A stretch of 55,336 nucleotides of DNA, filler included, from Dirinaria sp. TL-2023a (lineage: Eukaryota): NCBI GenBank assembly GCA_051941275.1. It is 4 parts of 4 records of this genome, joined end to end, with 100 filler letters (N's around TTAATTAATTAA, not from the genome) between each part and the next. Parts side by side here need not be neighbours in the genome. Positions count along the whole stretch, not along the records: positions 13,868 to 27,631 come from JAVEBF010000658.1; positions 27,732 to 41,488 come from JAVEBF010000659.1; 2 more parts are not named here. One strand, written 5' to 3'. The notes under the pieces were generated by a model that was not told the origin of the DNA, did no database searches, and saw nothing but the letters and a program-made list of their open reading frames with translations. Position 1 is the stretch's first letter. The number at the start of each line of letters is the position of its first letter. Below, piece after piece: positions 14,197 through 28,313 of this stretch. Made by a program: the position numbers and the translations under genes.

Positions 14197-15235
14197 CTAG
14201 GGTCTTGAATCTGTGACTGCTTGGTGTGCCCAAGTCAACCTGGTGTTCTCCGTACCAAACCACGCTGGGCGGAGATTCGCAATTGGTTCTTCAAGCTCCG
14301 TGTAGCGATCTCCCAAGATCATTATCACTCTGCCGTTCCATCGCGGCTCCATCATGTGCTCTGCCAAAGACCGGTCCTTACCGTATGGCTCAACGCATTG
14401 AGCTTCACCCGCCGTCGCCGAAAAGACCATAGCGCGTGCAACGAAAGCTGCAGTGCTCGTTGGGAGACCGGCTTGGAGGATAGGCTTAAGAAACTCCGGT
14501 GATAGCAGTGAGGTTATTGTTGCAGCAGGCGCAACAGCGTTGATTGTAACATTGTTGCGCATCAACGATGACCGCAGAGATCGAACGAGGCCAACGAGCT
14601 AGATGTGGGCACAAACTCAATCTTTAGAGCCCAGATCGGTAACCACGTATCTTTTATGAAGAAGGAAAAAAAGGCCTAACTCACCGCCAACTTGGTTGCG
14701 CTATAAACTGGCACGCAGCTCTCCGGCGCGTACGCAGTTGCACTTGATGTCAATACAATGCTACCTCCTTCGTCCTGCCTTTTCATCGCCCGATAACTTA
14801 GCTTGATAATATTCAAAACGGAGCGTAAGTTGACATCCAGGATTTTGTACTCAGGCTCAGCGAGCAACCCGTCGCTAGTGGGTGTATCGTCAAGAAACGC
14901 CTCCGTCTCTGCAATTCCGGCATTTGCAAAAACCATGTCGACTCGGCTGAAGTGACCAAAGGTGTCTCTTAGATGGCTCCAGGATGTCACGTCGCATGGA
15001 ATAAACTTGATTAGTGAATTGGTATTCACACTTGGAGGCGTGAGATCTAGGATATGGACGGTAGCGCCTCGTGTGGCTAAAAGAGTCGCTGTCGCATGGC
15101 CTATACCGGAAGCTCCCCCTGTAAATATCAGTGGGAGTATCCGCGATGATTGGAAGTGGAAGCAAGACCACTTATGACGGCGATCTTTCCGTTCAACTCA
15201 GGTATGGAACGTTCCTCAATTCGCACATCCGCCAT
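14197..15235 (-). CDS. Short-chain dehydrogenase/reductase (classical SDR), 3 exons
   Basis: ATG 15235 MADVRIEERSIPELNGKIAVIS; splicing gives GGASGIG. Also CDVT, FANAGI, catalytic S and YSATK. Intron 14684-14599 leads to LVGLVRSL...INAVAP. Stop at 14199-14197. Confidence 0.88.
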
Positions 15236-15432
15236 CCTCGTAACTTCAAACCGTCGTGATACTCTGGATCTATCCGGTTGGATTCACGAACAAGTCCGGC
15301 AAAGGTAAGGGGAGAATTACAATTTATCGGCCTTTTCCCCTTCGGGAAAGCAGCTCACCCAAATCTACGGCTGTGCGAACACAAGATCAGAGCGGAGCAA
15401 TTCACTTTGATTTTCGCTGATACATTTGACTT

Positions 15433-17277
15433 CTAAGTCTCCCTAGCAGTGATCCTTACTTTGAGAGGTGGCTTCTGCCACAATGTATGCATTCTTGACT
15501 CACTTTGCCAATCAAGGTTTTGGTCAAGTAACGCGATGTCAAAGCTAAAATACAGTTTTGCCAGAGTCGTTCTCATTTCCATCCATGCGAGGCTACAGTC
15601 AGTCAGTTATAAACACATAGTATTCGGTATCATTGATCCGACCTTTGACCCAAACACGCCCGCGGTCCTAGGGAAAAGGGCTGGGCCGCATCTAATCGAT
15701 TGTTACTATTTGAGTCTAGCCATCTCTCTGGCCGAAATTCCATGGGCTCTTCAAAGTTCTTCGAATCAAGGCTGGCTGCTACTGGGTTTGTGCTCACGAT
15801 AGCCTATCTTCGAAATTAGCTAGAGGCGTTTGTGCTCGGTACCGACACTGTGCTTACGTTGGCTGGCACTCTATAACCATCGACACTACTTCCACCTTTA
15901 GGCACAATCCTGGGCAGAGCGAATGGAAGTGGCGGGTATATCCTTAGGCTTTTCAGAATTACTGCATTGAGATATCTCAAAGAATTGGTCGACGCCGCGT
16001 TAATACTCTGATAGCAGTCGAAAGCCTCTTTAATCTCTCTTTCCAGTGACTACTTCACCTGCGGCGTGCGGAATATGTAGTAGACGGCACAGCTCAGCGC
16101 CGTGGCCACTGTCTCGCTCCCGGCAAGCACGAAATCCGAGGCATGTGCTGCGATCTGGATATCGCTTTCCTTGTCCTGTCGCCCATTTTCCAATATACGT
16201 GTAAGGAAGTCTCTGCGATTTGTCTTTCTGGCGATACGCTTCCGAATCAAATTGATCGAGTACTCTTCATTTATCTTAGTATCCGCAATAATCCGCTCAA
16301 TTGTGCCCGGCATAACTGCCATAACTGCCTTTGCGATTGATGGGAAACGCTTGAAACAGTCAGCAAGAGCGCCTTGAGTCAGCGCACCCTCCATTCGAAC
16401 TATCCATGGATGTGTATCTCCTGCGATGAATAGATCGTGTGTCAGTCACGAAAACAATGGCCCCGGAATAACTTCACCTGATGCAATTCCGCCAAAGGCT
16501 TCGCCGAAAGCAAGGTCACCAATAATGTCGAATGTCATCATGTTGAACCACTTCCCTAGGTCTAAACTCCCACTGACACGCTTTCGAAGCTCGTCCATTA
16601 GTTGATCCACCATCGACGCTATCAAATACTCTTGCTCGGCAAGTGAGCGCATCGAGAACGCTTGGGAAAGATCCTTCTTCATGGCTCCGTGCTTTGCAGG
16701 ATCTCGTTCACTAACGATCGAACCACACTGGTCTGCAAAACTTCCACCTTCATAGAACTCGCTTTTGACGAAAGCACCATGACCTTGCCGTGATTCATAG
16801 ATGTCTTTCCAAGATTGAGCTGTGTTGAAAGAGAGTTCATTAGGAGCGACACGGACGACGGGTCCTTCAATTGCCGCGACTTTGAGCTCCTGTCTTCGCT
16901 ACCGTTGTTTTGAGATTTTGGAGCTTACCGTATTTTGTGTGTAAAGAGAGTATTTGGTATGGCTGTCGTCCTCCCAGAAACCACTTGCAGTACAGGAACT
17001 AACGCAGTCAGCCATTACAGCCCATCCCTCTGTGCGAATCTGGTTCTGTGCCCTTACATTACTTATCGCAGCGGCCTTTGGACCCGGAAATTTGGCGAGA
17101 GGATGAAAGAAAAGATTTCGTACAATTCTTGTCACTGTGTAAACGCACACCTACATCTTTGGTGAACCTTATGAATCCGTGAAAGAAGTGCCAGGTCTGA
17201 CCTACAAGTGTCACCGTGAAAATGAGACAATTCAATCCCACGTTTCCGCCTGTCCAGAAATCCGCAAAAACCGCCAT
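15433..17277 (-). pseudogene. Cytochrome P450 (CYP65/Tri11-like clan appearance), disrupted
   Basis: Seven spliced exons give HPLAKFPGP, YGPVVRVAPNELSF, TFDIIGDLAFGE, I-helix AGSETVA, FRPERW and heme motif FSLGPRACLG. In-frame TAG at 16052-16050 (PQVK*SLERE); the ExxR motif reads KSLR (AAA at 15953-15951). Family assignment is from memory. Confidence 0.85.
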
Positions 17278-17879
17278 TGCCTTCGTTTTCCGCGTGTGCA
17301 GGTGCGCTTTTGACGTTCGTCCGAGTGCTGGATGGGATCAATAGCGTAGCATTCAGTTTCGAGAATAAGCCTCCCAAAAGCTGACTCTACACTTATGAAC
17401 GGAGCTGCACCCAATCGTTTGTCCTTGTGCTCGACTTTTTGCCTAGGGTGCCTCCGGAAGTGGAATTCGCCGAAAAGTCGGCTACCACAATTGGCGGCGC
17501 AACTTGCCCATCTAAACAATCACCGATGCCGTGCAAGGCATTTGCCCAAAGATCAGAGCGCGGTTTTACTTCCATCCGAGCTTATCTCTACCATTCGATG
17601 CGACCGAAGCGAAAGAAGCATTGCCAAACGTGACATCACCACCACCGGAAAGAATGTATTCGAAGTATACGGTGGCTAGCAGAACTTGCACATACGTCAG
17701 GAAGGCTTCCTCGTCGCTGAAATTCTCAGTGATCTGTATATAGTCGTCGTCACAGGGCCTAGCGAACTCCTACTCTGCCATTTGCCAACGATGCTGATGC
17801 CGCTACGAAACTGTGGTCCTTGAGTGAGAAGCTTGTAGGTCATCGGTTTGAGATATGATGCCCCGAGGTTCGATGTACG

Positions 17880-18680
17880 ACACGACGTCGTTATACTATC
17901 GATATAATCTTTAGAACCCATAAAGAAGAAGAAGGAATTCATTTTATGATCATGAGAATTGAAACCCACCCTTATCGTCGCTTGGTCGATTAAACAGTAA
18001 AAATTTATAGATAAATGGTTTACTATCCTCTTGTTCCTTCTTTTTTTTATCTCTTCTTTTCTTTTTCCCTCTATTTTACAAATCACCTGATCACTTCAAT
18101 AAGTATCTCTTTTTACATAACGAAGTCGAATTAATTGATCGTGGTCAAGGAGCATTCTCTATCATTATCTCCGAATAAAATTGATTGCAAGCTGAGATCG
18201 AGATAAATTTGTCGCTAACGTCGATGTGACATCCATTCGATCATCATTATCGTCTTTATTCTCCTGTTATATTTCTTGTTATATTTCTTGTTTTGACGAT
18301 ACTTTTTTACGTTAAGATTGCAAAAGACAAGTGCTTTAAAGATGAGCAGAGGCGTCTTGGCGCTCCTCTTTTTGCTGCCAAGATAACGCCAAGGAAAGCC
18401 AAGATAACTCAATCGTCTCGACAGCATCTCGAGCATCTGTAATCCATCATCATACGAATTACGAAAGCTATGAACGGTGCTCAATGAACTATGTTTTGAA
18501 TTATTCTTATATCGGTCTTAGTTTGTGCACTTCAATCCAGCGAGCGAAGAAACGAGCGTCGCAGTCAATTGGCCTTGACTTGCCGCGGCCGACTATTAAA
18601 GACAGTTACACGAGACTACGAATTATACATGTTCTCGTATTACATACTATATATATGAGTGTAAGACTTAGAAACTCACC
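17880..18680. other. AT-rich degenerate tract, possible mutated transposon or gene relic
   Basis: Visibly lower GC than the flanks, many TA/TCGA words, no credible ORF, small tandem repeat (GTTATATTTCTT)x2 near 18266-18290. No TIR or LTR recognised. Confidence 0.3.
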
Positions 18681-18991
18681 ACCACTAAGAAGTTGCCAAG
18701 ATGGTTTCACACATGCGGTTAGATTAAGGTTTAGTCAGCAGTCCCCTGGGTGGCAGTCCCAAGCTTAGTCAGCAGTCTATAGTGCCCACAAAACTTCTTT
18801 TTAGTTTTTAGGCAGTTGTTTACCAAAATACACTCATTTGGCCAACTCATCCTCCATCACCTAAATCTGACAATGAGTGACTCGAATACTACGAGGCAGT
18901 GGCATCAAAAGACGCCAACACTCAATATTGAGAACTGCCTGGTCCTAGACTTGAGAGTACTCATACTTCGGTTGACCAACTCAAACCCTCA

Positions 18992-20673
18992 ATGATGACA
19001 GACATAGCGGCATTGGCGGCTCTTGTGGTAGCGGTCATTGCGCTCTTGATTGCGTCGGCTCAACTCACACAGCAGCTTCTGGCCACTGCCTATGTAATTC
19101 GAAAATGCGATCGGATCGTGACCGGCAGCGTGACAAAAGGCGGCAAACGAAAGTGGCATTGGCGCCAATTTCGCTTCACGGTTCACTATCAAGCAATCGT
19201 CTTTGCTTTGCCAGAAAATACATATTACAGTCTTGGAATTAACTCTACTATGACGGTTAACCCGCCCTCACCAGCAACTTGGGCCCGAGCAGTGGCTACA
19301 AGGCCGCACCGCAACACCACCCAAGGATGCTGGATTTCTCTCGTTCAGGATCTGGTAAGATCAGAGTGTCTGGAGCCCGAGAATATTTCCACCAGGGTAG
19401 AGAATGGGGATCGCATCCCTGAGGACCTTACAGTGGCTCCGATCAGGGTAGATTGCATGACGGTTTTACTGAGCTGCATTGCCATGGGTATGCAAGTATT
19501 CAAATTTTCTCCCACTACCGGTGAGATAGCCCTTGGGGGTAGCGTCGGCAGCATTTCGTCGTCAACCCATTCTATCTGAGGATGTTTACTGCACTACAGT
19601 GTGTTTTCAGATGAACCGTCCATTGGGCTGGAGGCCGTTCAAAGTTATGGGCGCGCACTTCGCCAGCGTGAAGGGGTCTGGGCCAACGCAGTCTTTGGCC
19701 GTTTCCGGGATAGATCTTACAGGCCAGATATGTTGTCATTGTTCGTTATAATGGCGAGAAAAACACCAATTTTACAGCAAGCCGGGTGGCCAGATGATAG
19801 CCGGCGACCTGACAGCGAAAGTGATACGATCGCCGGCGCAGCTTGTTTCATGGTCTTTGGACACATTGATTTTGACGAGAGTGCGCCGCCTTCCGCAGTC
19901 CGCCCTTGGACTGCTCATTTCGCCGAAGTCATTGTCAAGTCACACCATGTGGAACTTTTGCGGTGTGGTTTCGATCTCCATGTGCTCAATGGTAAGCCTC
20001 AAGGCCTCTTTGCCTTAGACTCGTACAGTAGTGCAGTAAAAATCCAGGGATACTCATCGCCATATTCTCCTGCCTCCGCGATTAGACCGTCGAATGCCGA
20101 CAATCCAGTCGAGATTGAGGCTGAAAAAGCAAGCAATATGCTTCTAGCTAAAAATCTGTGGGATAGCTTGCAGATCATAGCAGAAGATGGCTGGGAAAGC
20201 TTAAGTGATGATCGGCGTGATCCAAGCTCATACTGTTCTCCTACAGTGATGTGGGAATTAGTGTGCCTAGCAGATATACTACTTTTTCACGAACATTCCA
20301 GGATACCAGAACCCCATAAAAGGAAGATAGAGATATCAACAGATCAAGTGGTGGCGAGTGCCATCCGGAGGCTCTGTGATGTTGGGCCTCCTTCTTGGGG
20401 TAATGCGTCGGCTGTAGTGAGGAATTGGCCTCTGACGTTTGCTACTGTTTGCGAAGAGGTTTTGGATAATCTGGAAAAGAGTTCTAAAGCGACTGATGAA
20501 TGTTTGGGCGAAGGTTTCACTTTCCCTCGCCGAACGATTCGGCTCTGTGCTGAATTAAGCATCCTGCGATCGGCTTACTTTACGTTTCTGTCATGATGCG
20601 AGCTGCGCACCCTCTTGGACCAGGACTTACGCAGGATAGCAACATAGAGACAGCTTTGGCTTTTATGGCATGA
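18992..20673 (+). pseudogene. Modin-like membrane-anchored protein, disrupted
   Basis: N-terminal TM helix then QLTQQLLATAYVIRKCDRIVTG...RKWHWRQFRFTVHY, resembling fungal proteins annotated modin. ORFs 18992-19579 and 19601-20596 share one frame, separated only by TGA 19577-19579. A frameshift near 20585-20590 hides a natural-looking end VMMRAAHPLGPGLTQDSNIETALAFMA* (TGA 20671-20673). Confidence 0.65.
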
Positions 20674-21642
20674 GCTAGCCTAATATCCCGCTTCAGACAC
20701 TAACAACTAGTATTGGTTACAATATCCCCCCAGGTCCTACCACCGTATGCACCTTACACATTTACACATGACATACGTGGCATTTGCGAGGGTAGGCTGA
20801 TATTTTTGTCTGCCAATTGCCAAGCCAACCTCCATGATTTATTATTCTGTCTACCATTTTCCTGAAAATATCCCTCCTCGTAACGGGCTTTTTCCTGGTA
20901 ATAAGAGCGCCAGAGTCACAACTTTCAAAACTTGGGTAAGTCCTTCAATTCTACATACTTATATTTTGGTTCTCATCATCGAACTGCCAAGGTTTTCCTG
21001 GACCGTGAAGGTTGAGATTCAGTTTGCTGGTCCAGCATCAGGTCCTACAGAATCTTCGGACATAGCAGTCAAAGTTATGGAGTAGGCCTCAAGTCATTAA
21101 TGAGATCAAATTCCTTCTCCCTGTCAGCAGCTGCTTACCACAATGACCATCCGATAACGACCCTAAGCTCCCGCTGACTCAGTACAGTGGGCTAGATTTC
21201 CCAACTTGTGCCGCAAAGCATATCGATGAGCTATTGTATGCTCACCGCAATCACTATTAGACCAAGTATTCATATGTGAGGGAAACATTTAAAACGATTT
21301 CGTCGTATGAAGGGGCGTTTTCAGAAGTGGGGCTTTTTGCTGTTTGGTAAATTTCGATCTGGCCCGTTTACACTAATATCCTTAGCGTCCTGATTCTTGA
21401 GCTTCTGCTTTGAAACTATCTCAATTTTAATCTTTCAAGATATGTAACGCAGTGAAGCTACTGATACCCGCCTGATCTGATAAATTCGCGGACAAAATAC
21501 GAACAAGGAACACCGCCATGACATGGTTGATACGGAAACAGCTTGGTTCAGCCCCAGCTCGATGCCCTAAAAGCTTATCTAGCACGGTACTCTAATTCAG
21601 CATCGTCTCCTATCATCCCCTTTTATCATTCCGATGGTCGGA

Positions 21643-22243
21643 TCATCCCCACATCCAAGCTACTCCACCGACGATTGCCCAGCCTACAGCCAGTCCAGCC
21701 ATGAGCTCTCTAATCTCTTTGCTTTTTTGAATCCCCTCATTGAAACCGTCGACGAAGGGTACTTTTGCTTTGGCCTTCCAAAAATCTCGATTATGCAATG
21801 CTGCAGCAGTGATTGCGACTCCGTTGAGGGGCGACAAAATGAGCACTGGTGTTGGCCACGATGAGGGAAATGATAGAGAATGGATTACGAGCCAGAGAGA
21901 GCTTATAAGGCTAAGCACAATCTATATAATGTAAGGTAGGTTAGCGCGTCCGATGCTCAGGGTTAGTTCGGGCGCCGTGGGCGTTGAAAAATGGGAATGA
22001 TTCATCGAACACAAGAGGTCGAGAATAGAGTGCGACGCTTACAGCAGCGGCCGAACTCCCTTGTGTTACTCTTGTTTTGTACAGTTGATGAGCTGCTGTC
22101 TTCGAATGTTTGGCTGCGCGTTCGCTACGCTCTTCGTACCGGCGGAGGTTGACGATGGCTGTGTAAGATTTTTGAGCCGCATAGAGGGATATTGCGCATA
22201 CAGACGAAGTGAGCAAGATGATGGGAATGGGCCAGGACGACAT
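21643..22243 (-). CDS. Small uncharacterised membrane protein (about 159 aa), 2 exons: 22243-22043 and 21921-21643
   Basis: ATG 22243. Intron 22042-21922 (GTAAGC...GCTAAC...TAG) joins two ORFs in frame. Several hydrophobic helices. Confidence 0.8.
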
Positions 22244-22380
22244 CTCATAATCGATAGAGGTGGACCTGTTTGTGCACTGCGCTTAAAGGTTATAAAGAAC
22301 ACTGAATATTCGAATCAAGCTGTGAGGAAGGATAATCACCTAGGGCTATCCTAGGGCTGACTGCAAATATCAGCGACACC

Positions 22381-22495
22381 TATCTAGGACCTAAGTAAGG
22401 TACCTTACCTAAGGTACCCTCGCTACCTTACTGTTTACCCCATCTTAGAAACCTTACCATACCTGAGATTTCCTCAATCTATCCTTACCTACCCA
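22381..22495. repeat. Low-complexity AAGGTA/TACCTT motif cluster in a divergent promoter
   Basis: Repeated TAAGGTA/TACCTTA words, including the perfect palindrome GTAAGGTACCTTAC at 22395-22408. Confidence 0.6.
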
Positions 22496-22590
22496 GGTGT
22501 TATGACCGCAGATCTCTCTATTCTATGAGCATATATCAGTTCAGCAGTGCATCATATAACTATAGATACTGAATTCGCCTCAGGCTGAAT

Positions 22591-24022
22591 ATGCCTTGCA
22601 CAACAATCAGTGACGCAAATCCAGATATCGCTGGGATTGGGGTGGGTGTCGCTTGCTGACTTGCATAGCCGTCCTAATATATGAGGCATAGGTAGTGCTT
22701 GCTTTCGGTTTGCAAGCTTTCGTATCGCTCGTGCTCTCGATCGCTGCGAAGGTCTTGGAGAAGCCGCACGGCTGGGAAGAGTTCCTGGGAATAAGATCGG
22801 ACAGCCTCGGCATGTGGACTGTGATTGAGCATGTCACTAGTCAAATTGACCCCAACGATTTGCCATCAACAATGACAAAGAAAATTATTGTCCAAGTCAC
22901 AAAGGACATGAAGAGTATGGTAGATCGTGCTCTTGAAGACTATAGGACACGGATCAAGGCTTTTGCCGATCTTGATCTTGAGGATCGCCCGACAACCACA
23001 AATTCTACGATATCACCCTCCAAAGAAATTATAGAGTACAGCAAGAAGGGGGAATTGATATGCAATATCTTGTTGGCAGCCAGCGATGCGCAGACCATGA
23101 CAGGTGAAAGATAATCTTGAATTATCACGTGGCAAGCAACAGCAAAGCCTGATGGACCTGGTGTAGGAACTGCTTTGATAATCAGTGCTATAACGCAAAG
23201 ACGCTCCTTATCTATCTATCACTTGCACCTGATATACGATATTATCAATTTCACGTCGTATGCAGAATCCTGCCTCGAGTGGATATTTGTTTGCATTTCT
23301 TTTTAGATCTTCTTCTTCTGGATGCTGACTCTTTAGTGTGTCAAACATTGCAGCTATCATTTGTGCATACGACAACCGTCTTAAAAGCCAAGGCATCAGA
23401 TATGCCTCCATTGGTGTCTTTGGAGTGTTTTACACTGCTTTCACTATCATTTTTGGCATACGTCTCAACGACTGGAATGATGATATCCCAGGGCAATGCT
23501 TCAACGCATCGAAGATCGCCTTGCCCGATGCACGGCACCCCCTTGTGGACCAGTTATACCTCGGAGTCACATCTTTTTACCTCTTTGGTTTGTCTCTGCA
23601 CACTATAGTATATTGCCGCAGAAACGACCTGCCATGGCTTCGCAAGAACATGGACTTTACTCAAGCAGCATTCATGTCACCGGAGAGCATAATCCTGGTT
23701 AGCTCAATACAATTCATATTACACGTGTATATGGTGATCGCTCTTCGGATTTCCAACCAAAGCCTATTGGATAATGCTTCGCTGGAGGAAGAATGGGGAT
23801 TTGGTCAAGTTCTTGCGCTTGTGATGTTTGCATCGACCGTTGTCGAATGTGCGAAGTGTCTCGAAGGTACGAGAAGCTGGCTACTCTGTCCCAATCTTGT
23901 GAGAAATCCAGCTAATATGCATAGAATACTATTCTTGGAGGCGGGACGACCATCATCGAAGAACTTTTACTATGGAGAAAGTTTCATCACCTGGACTGAG
24001 CCGCAGGAACACCGTCCCATAG
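22591..24022 (+). CDS. Uncharacterised fungal multi-pass membrane protein (NPDIAGIGV...WGFGQ type), 5 exons
   Basis: ATG 22591 MPCTTISDANPDIAGIG, intron 22642-22691, then VVLAFGLQ, SDAQTMTG|TALIISA, LSIYHLHLIYD and EEEWGFGQVLAL. Last exon EYYSWRR...TVP* ends at 24022. All junctions are GT-AG. Confidence 0.78.
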
Positions 24023-24163
24023 AAATGAAAGACTACCCGGCGGATCGATGTGCTTCAGCATCACCTTCGAGAGTCCCAAACTACATTGAGGAGATATTTT
24101 TCGGCTACTTTTTGATGAATCTGGGTCTATTACAAAAAGATACAATGCCTTGAGTCAAGTACA

Positions 24164-25732
<1,569 letters not shown>

Positions 25733-26066
25733 CGACGAAATGACCAGGTCACTTCACCCTGGGATCTCACGTCTTGTGTACAGTCGATTGGCTCGGGGGC
25801 TAAATGTAGTAGATAGGATGCTAATATTGTATATCATGGGAAAGTTTTAAGTGCTAGTGCTTTATATATTTACGGTAGAGTATGATGATAGAGGCGGTTC
25901 GCTGGGTAGGGCTGGCGTCTGCCGAGGTCCGAGGCTCAAGGCTGGATCTGTACTCGTACGCCCGTACAGCACTGTAGCTACAGGCGATCAGAACGTCTTA
26001 TCCTCCACATTTGTGCTGCATCAGGACTTTGGTGGTGTGCCGCTGCGGCATTATTCTTCCTCTAAC

Positions 26067-26903
26067 ATGCAGGATGACGAGACGGAGAATATACCACTTT
26101 TGGGCCAAAGACGGCAGATTCTCAGCAAAAGAGCTCGCCGTTACCTGACAGAAAATATCCGCCTCAAGAATGCGTCCTTTCCGTTGCTAGTTTGCTGCTT
26201 CGTCACTGGTTTCATTGACGCCGGTTCCTATAATGCCTGGAGCGTCTTTATGGGGATGCAAACCGGTACAGCCGCGCTATAATCACCTGGTGTGCTCATA
26301 AGTCCCTAACCATCTTGATTGGCAGGGAACACCATCTTTCTGGCTCTAAGTACAGCCAATCTCCCAGCTGGCAGCGATTCGCTTAAATGGGCCCGTTCCG
26401 GGCTTTCCATCCTTTCTCTCATGTTTGGCTCTCTGATCGCTGGGAGGCTATATACTGCTGTAGGATCCACGCGCCGTGTCACGCTCGTTCTATCCTTCCT
26501 GGTCCAAACCCTCTGCATCGCCATTGCCGCCATCCTCGTCCATACAGACGCCGTTCCCGAGTCAGCCGTCAGCAACGAGCTCGTCTTGATCGCCATTCCT
26601 TTCCTCGCCGCGCAGTCCGGCGTTCAGATCGCTACCGCCAAGTCCCTGGGTTTCAATGAGATTCCTACTACGGTGTTGACGAGCGTGTACAACGATCTGG
26701 CGAGCGATACACGGCTGTTTGCTTGGGACAACCCGAAACGAAACAGAAGGTTAGGAGCCTTTACAATGTTATTGCTGGGTGGTATAAGTGCGGGCTGGCT
26801 TTCGCGTACCGCTGGCCGCTTCACGGTAGTGCTCTGGCTGGGGGCTGCTATCAAGCTACTGCTATCCTTTGGGTGGCTGCTTTTCAGCGCAGATCCAGAC
26901 TGA
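26067..26903 (+). CDS. DUF1275/YoaK family membrane protein, 2 exons: 26067-26265 and 26326-26903
   Basis: CCFVTGFIDAGSYNAWSVFMGMQTG|NTIFL across intron 26266-26325 (CTAAC branch). Also EIPTTVLTS and RNRR. Multiple TM helices. Confidence 0.9.
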
Positions 26904-27631
26904 AATGATTGCAACATCTGCCTGCAAGGTTGAATCAATTAAGTCTCGCTATGCCTAGGACGAAAATTTTCATGGTCCGGGAACAAAATTCAAAGAAGCT
27001 GGCTCCGGTCCACGACATATATTTCTAAGAAGAAAAATACCTGGATGACCTCAAAAGGCTTAGCCGACTACATCTCCCACTACGTGTAGAAGCTTTAGTC
27101 TCTACACGTAACGCCAGCAAGCCTTCTGTTGCTCCAGTCGAGCTGGCTGTCATTTTCTCATGGTAATCTCGAGGTCGCTGAAAGTCTTGGCTATGACCTC
27201 GAATGCTAGAGCTGGCAATTCAGCGAGAGTAAAGGCTTGAACTCCACATAGGGTTGCTCATTGACGACGAAGCCGGGCATGTTTGAGTGCCATCCCAAAA
27301 GTAACACGCTCCCCAAGCAACGGCCTGTAATGTGAGCTTCGTGCGCTGCGTCGATCACTAAACCGAACAGCGAGGAATGCGCAGTGTGTGAATTTCGATA
27401 AGTATCTTACTATCGTCTGACGAAATTGGCGGTTTACAGTTCGGAAGGATATGTCAATCCTACTCATAATATAATGACGATTCCATCTCGAGACGCTTGA
27501 TTTCTAGCGCTATTGCCATAGCCATGAACGACTACCGCTCGCCAGGCTCATCTCCTTATGGATCGCCTCTCAGATGACCTTGACACGTCGTGTAGCTTAG
27601 CATGGAAATTGTTAACGTTACAAGATTCCTT

Positions 27632-27731
27632 NNNNNNNNNNNNNNNNNNNNNNNNNNNNNNNNNNNNNNNNNNNNTTAATTAATTAANNNNNNNNNNNNN
27701 NNNNNNNNNNNNNNNNNNNNNNNNNNNNNNN
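27632..27731. other. Artificial contig spacer
   Basis: 100 nt N-TTAATTAATTAA-N. Confidence 0.97.
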
Positions 27732-28313
27732 AAAAAACAAAAAAAAAAAAACAAAGCCATGAAATAATAAAATTTCCAGAAGGCCAGAAGCAGATGAGAT
27801 AAGAAGAGGACGAATGAGAAACGTCAAATATACTCAATAATACCAACAACCAACCATCCACCTATTTCCACAGTTCGACACATGATGCAGACTCCGCCGT
27901 CCCGCCGAAATCGGGATGTACAGTACTGTAAGGTTATCTTACGACGCAAGACGACGTAGAATTTCTTGCTGCCGGGTGGGTGGTGGACTGGCTGGATTCT
28001 ATATTAAAAAAAAAAAAGTATTTTGTAAAAGGCAATGCGAATTTCGAGAGATTTTTTTTTTATGATTTTTTGGGTGGCGGGGGAGGAGATCAGATATATT
28101 CCCTGTCGAGGCTGTACCTGATGTAAGATACATATAAATAATAGATAATAGGTCCCACCGCGCGCTTAAGCTATATATATAGTGTGTGATATTATTTATG
28201 GGAAAAAGAAGGGCGAGGGAGGAAAAGAAACTAAAAACAAGAAGTAAAAAAAGATCAAACGAAGGCTACCCACCGCTCCGTCCCTCAACTGACTTGCGAT
28301 CAAGCCTATATTA

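Noticed and set aside
16050..19579. Programmed read-through of the P450 TAG or the modin-like TGA
   Set aside because: Contexts are TAG-TCA and TGA-GGA, not the TGA-CTA read-through motif, and each gene has a second lesion.
27025..27090. KNTWMTSKGLADYI fragment faintly like the pogo/DDE WMT motif
   Set aside because: Too short, flanked by stops, no TIRs or other transposase motifs.
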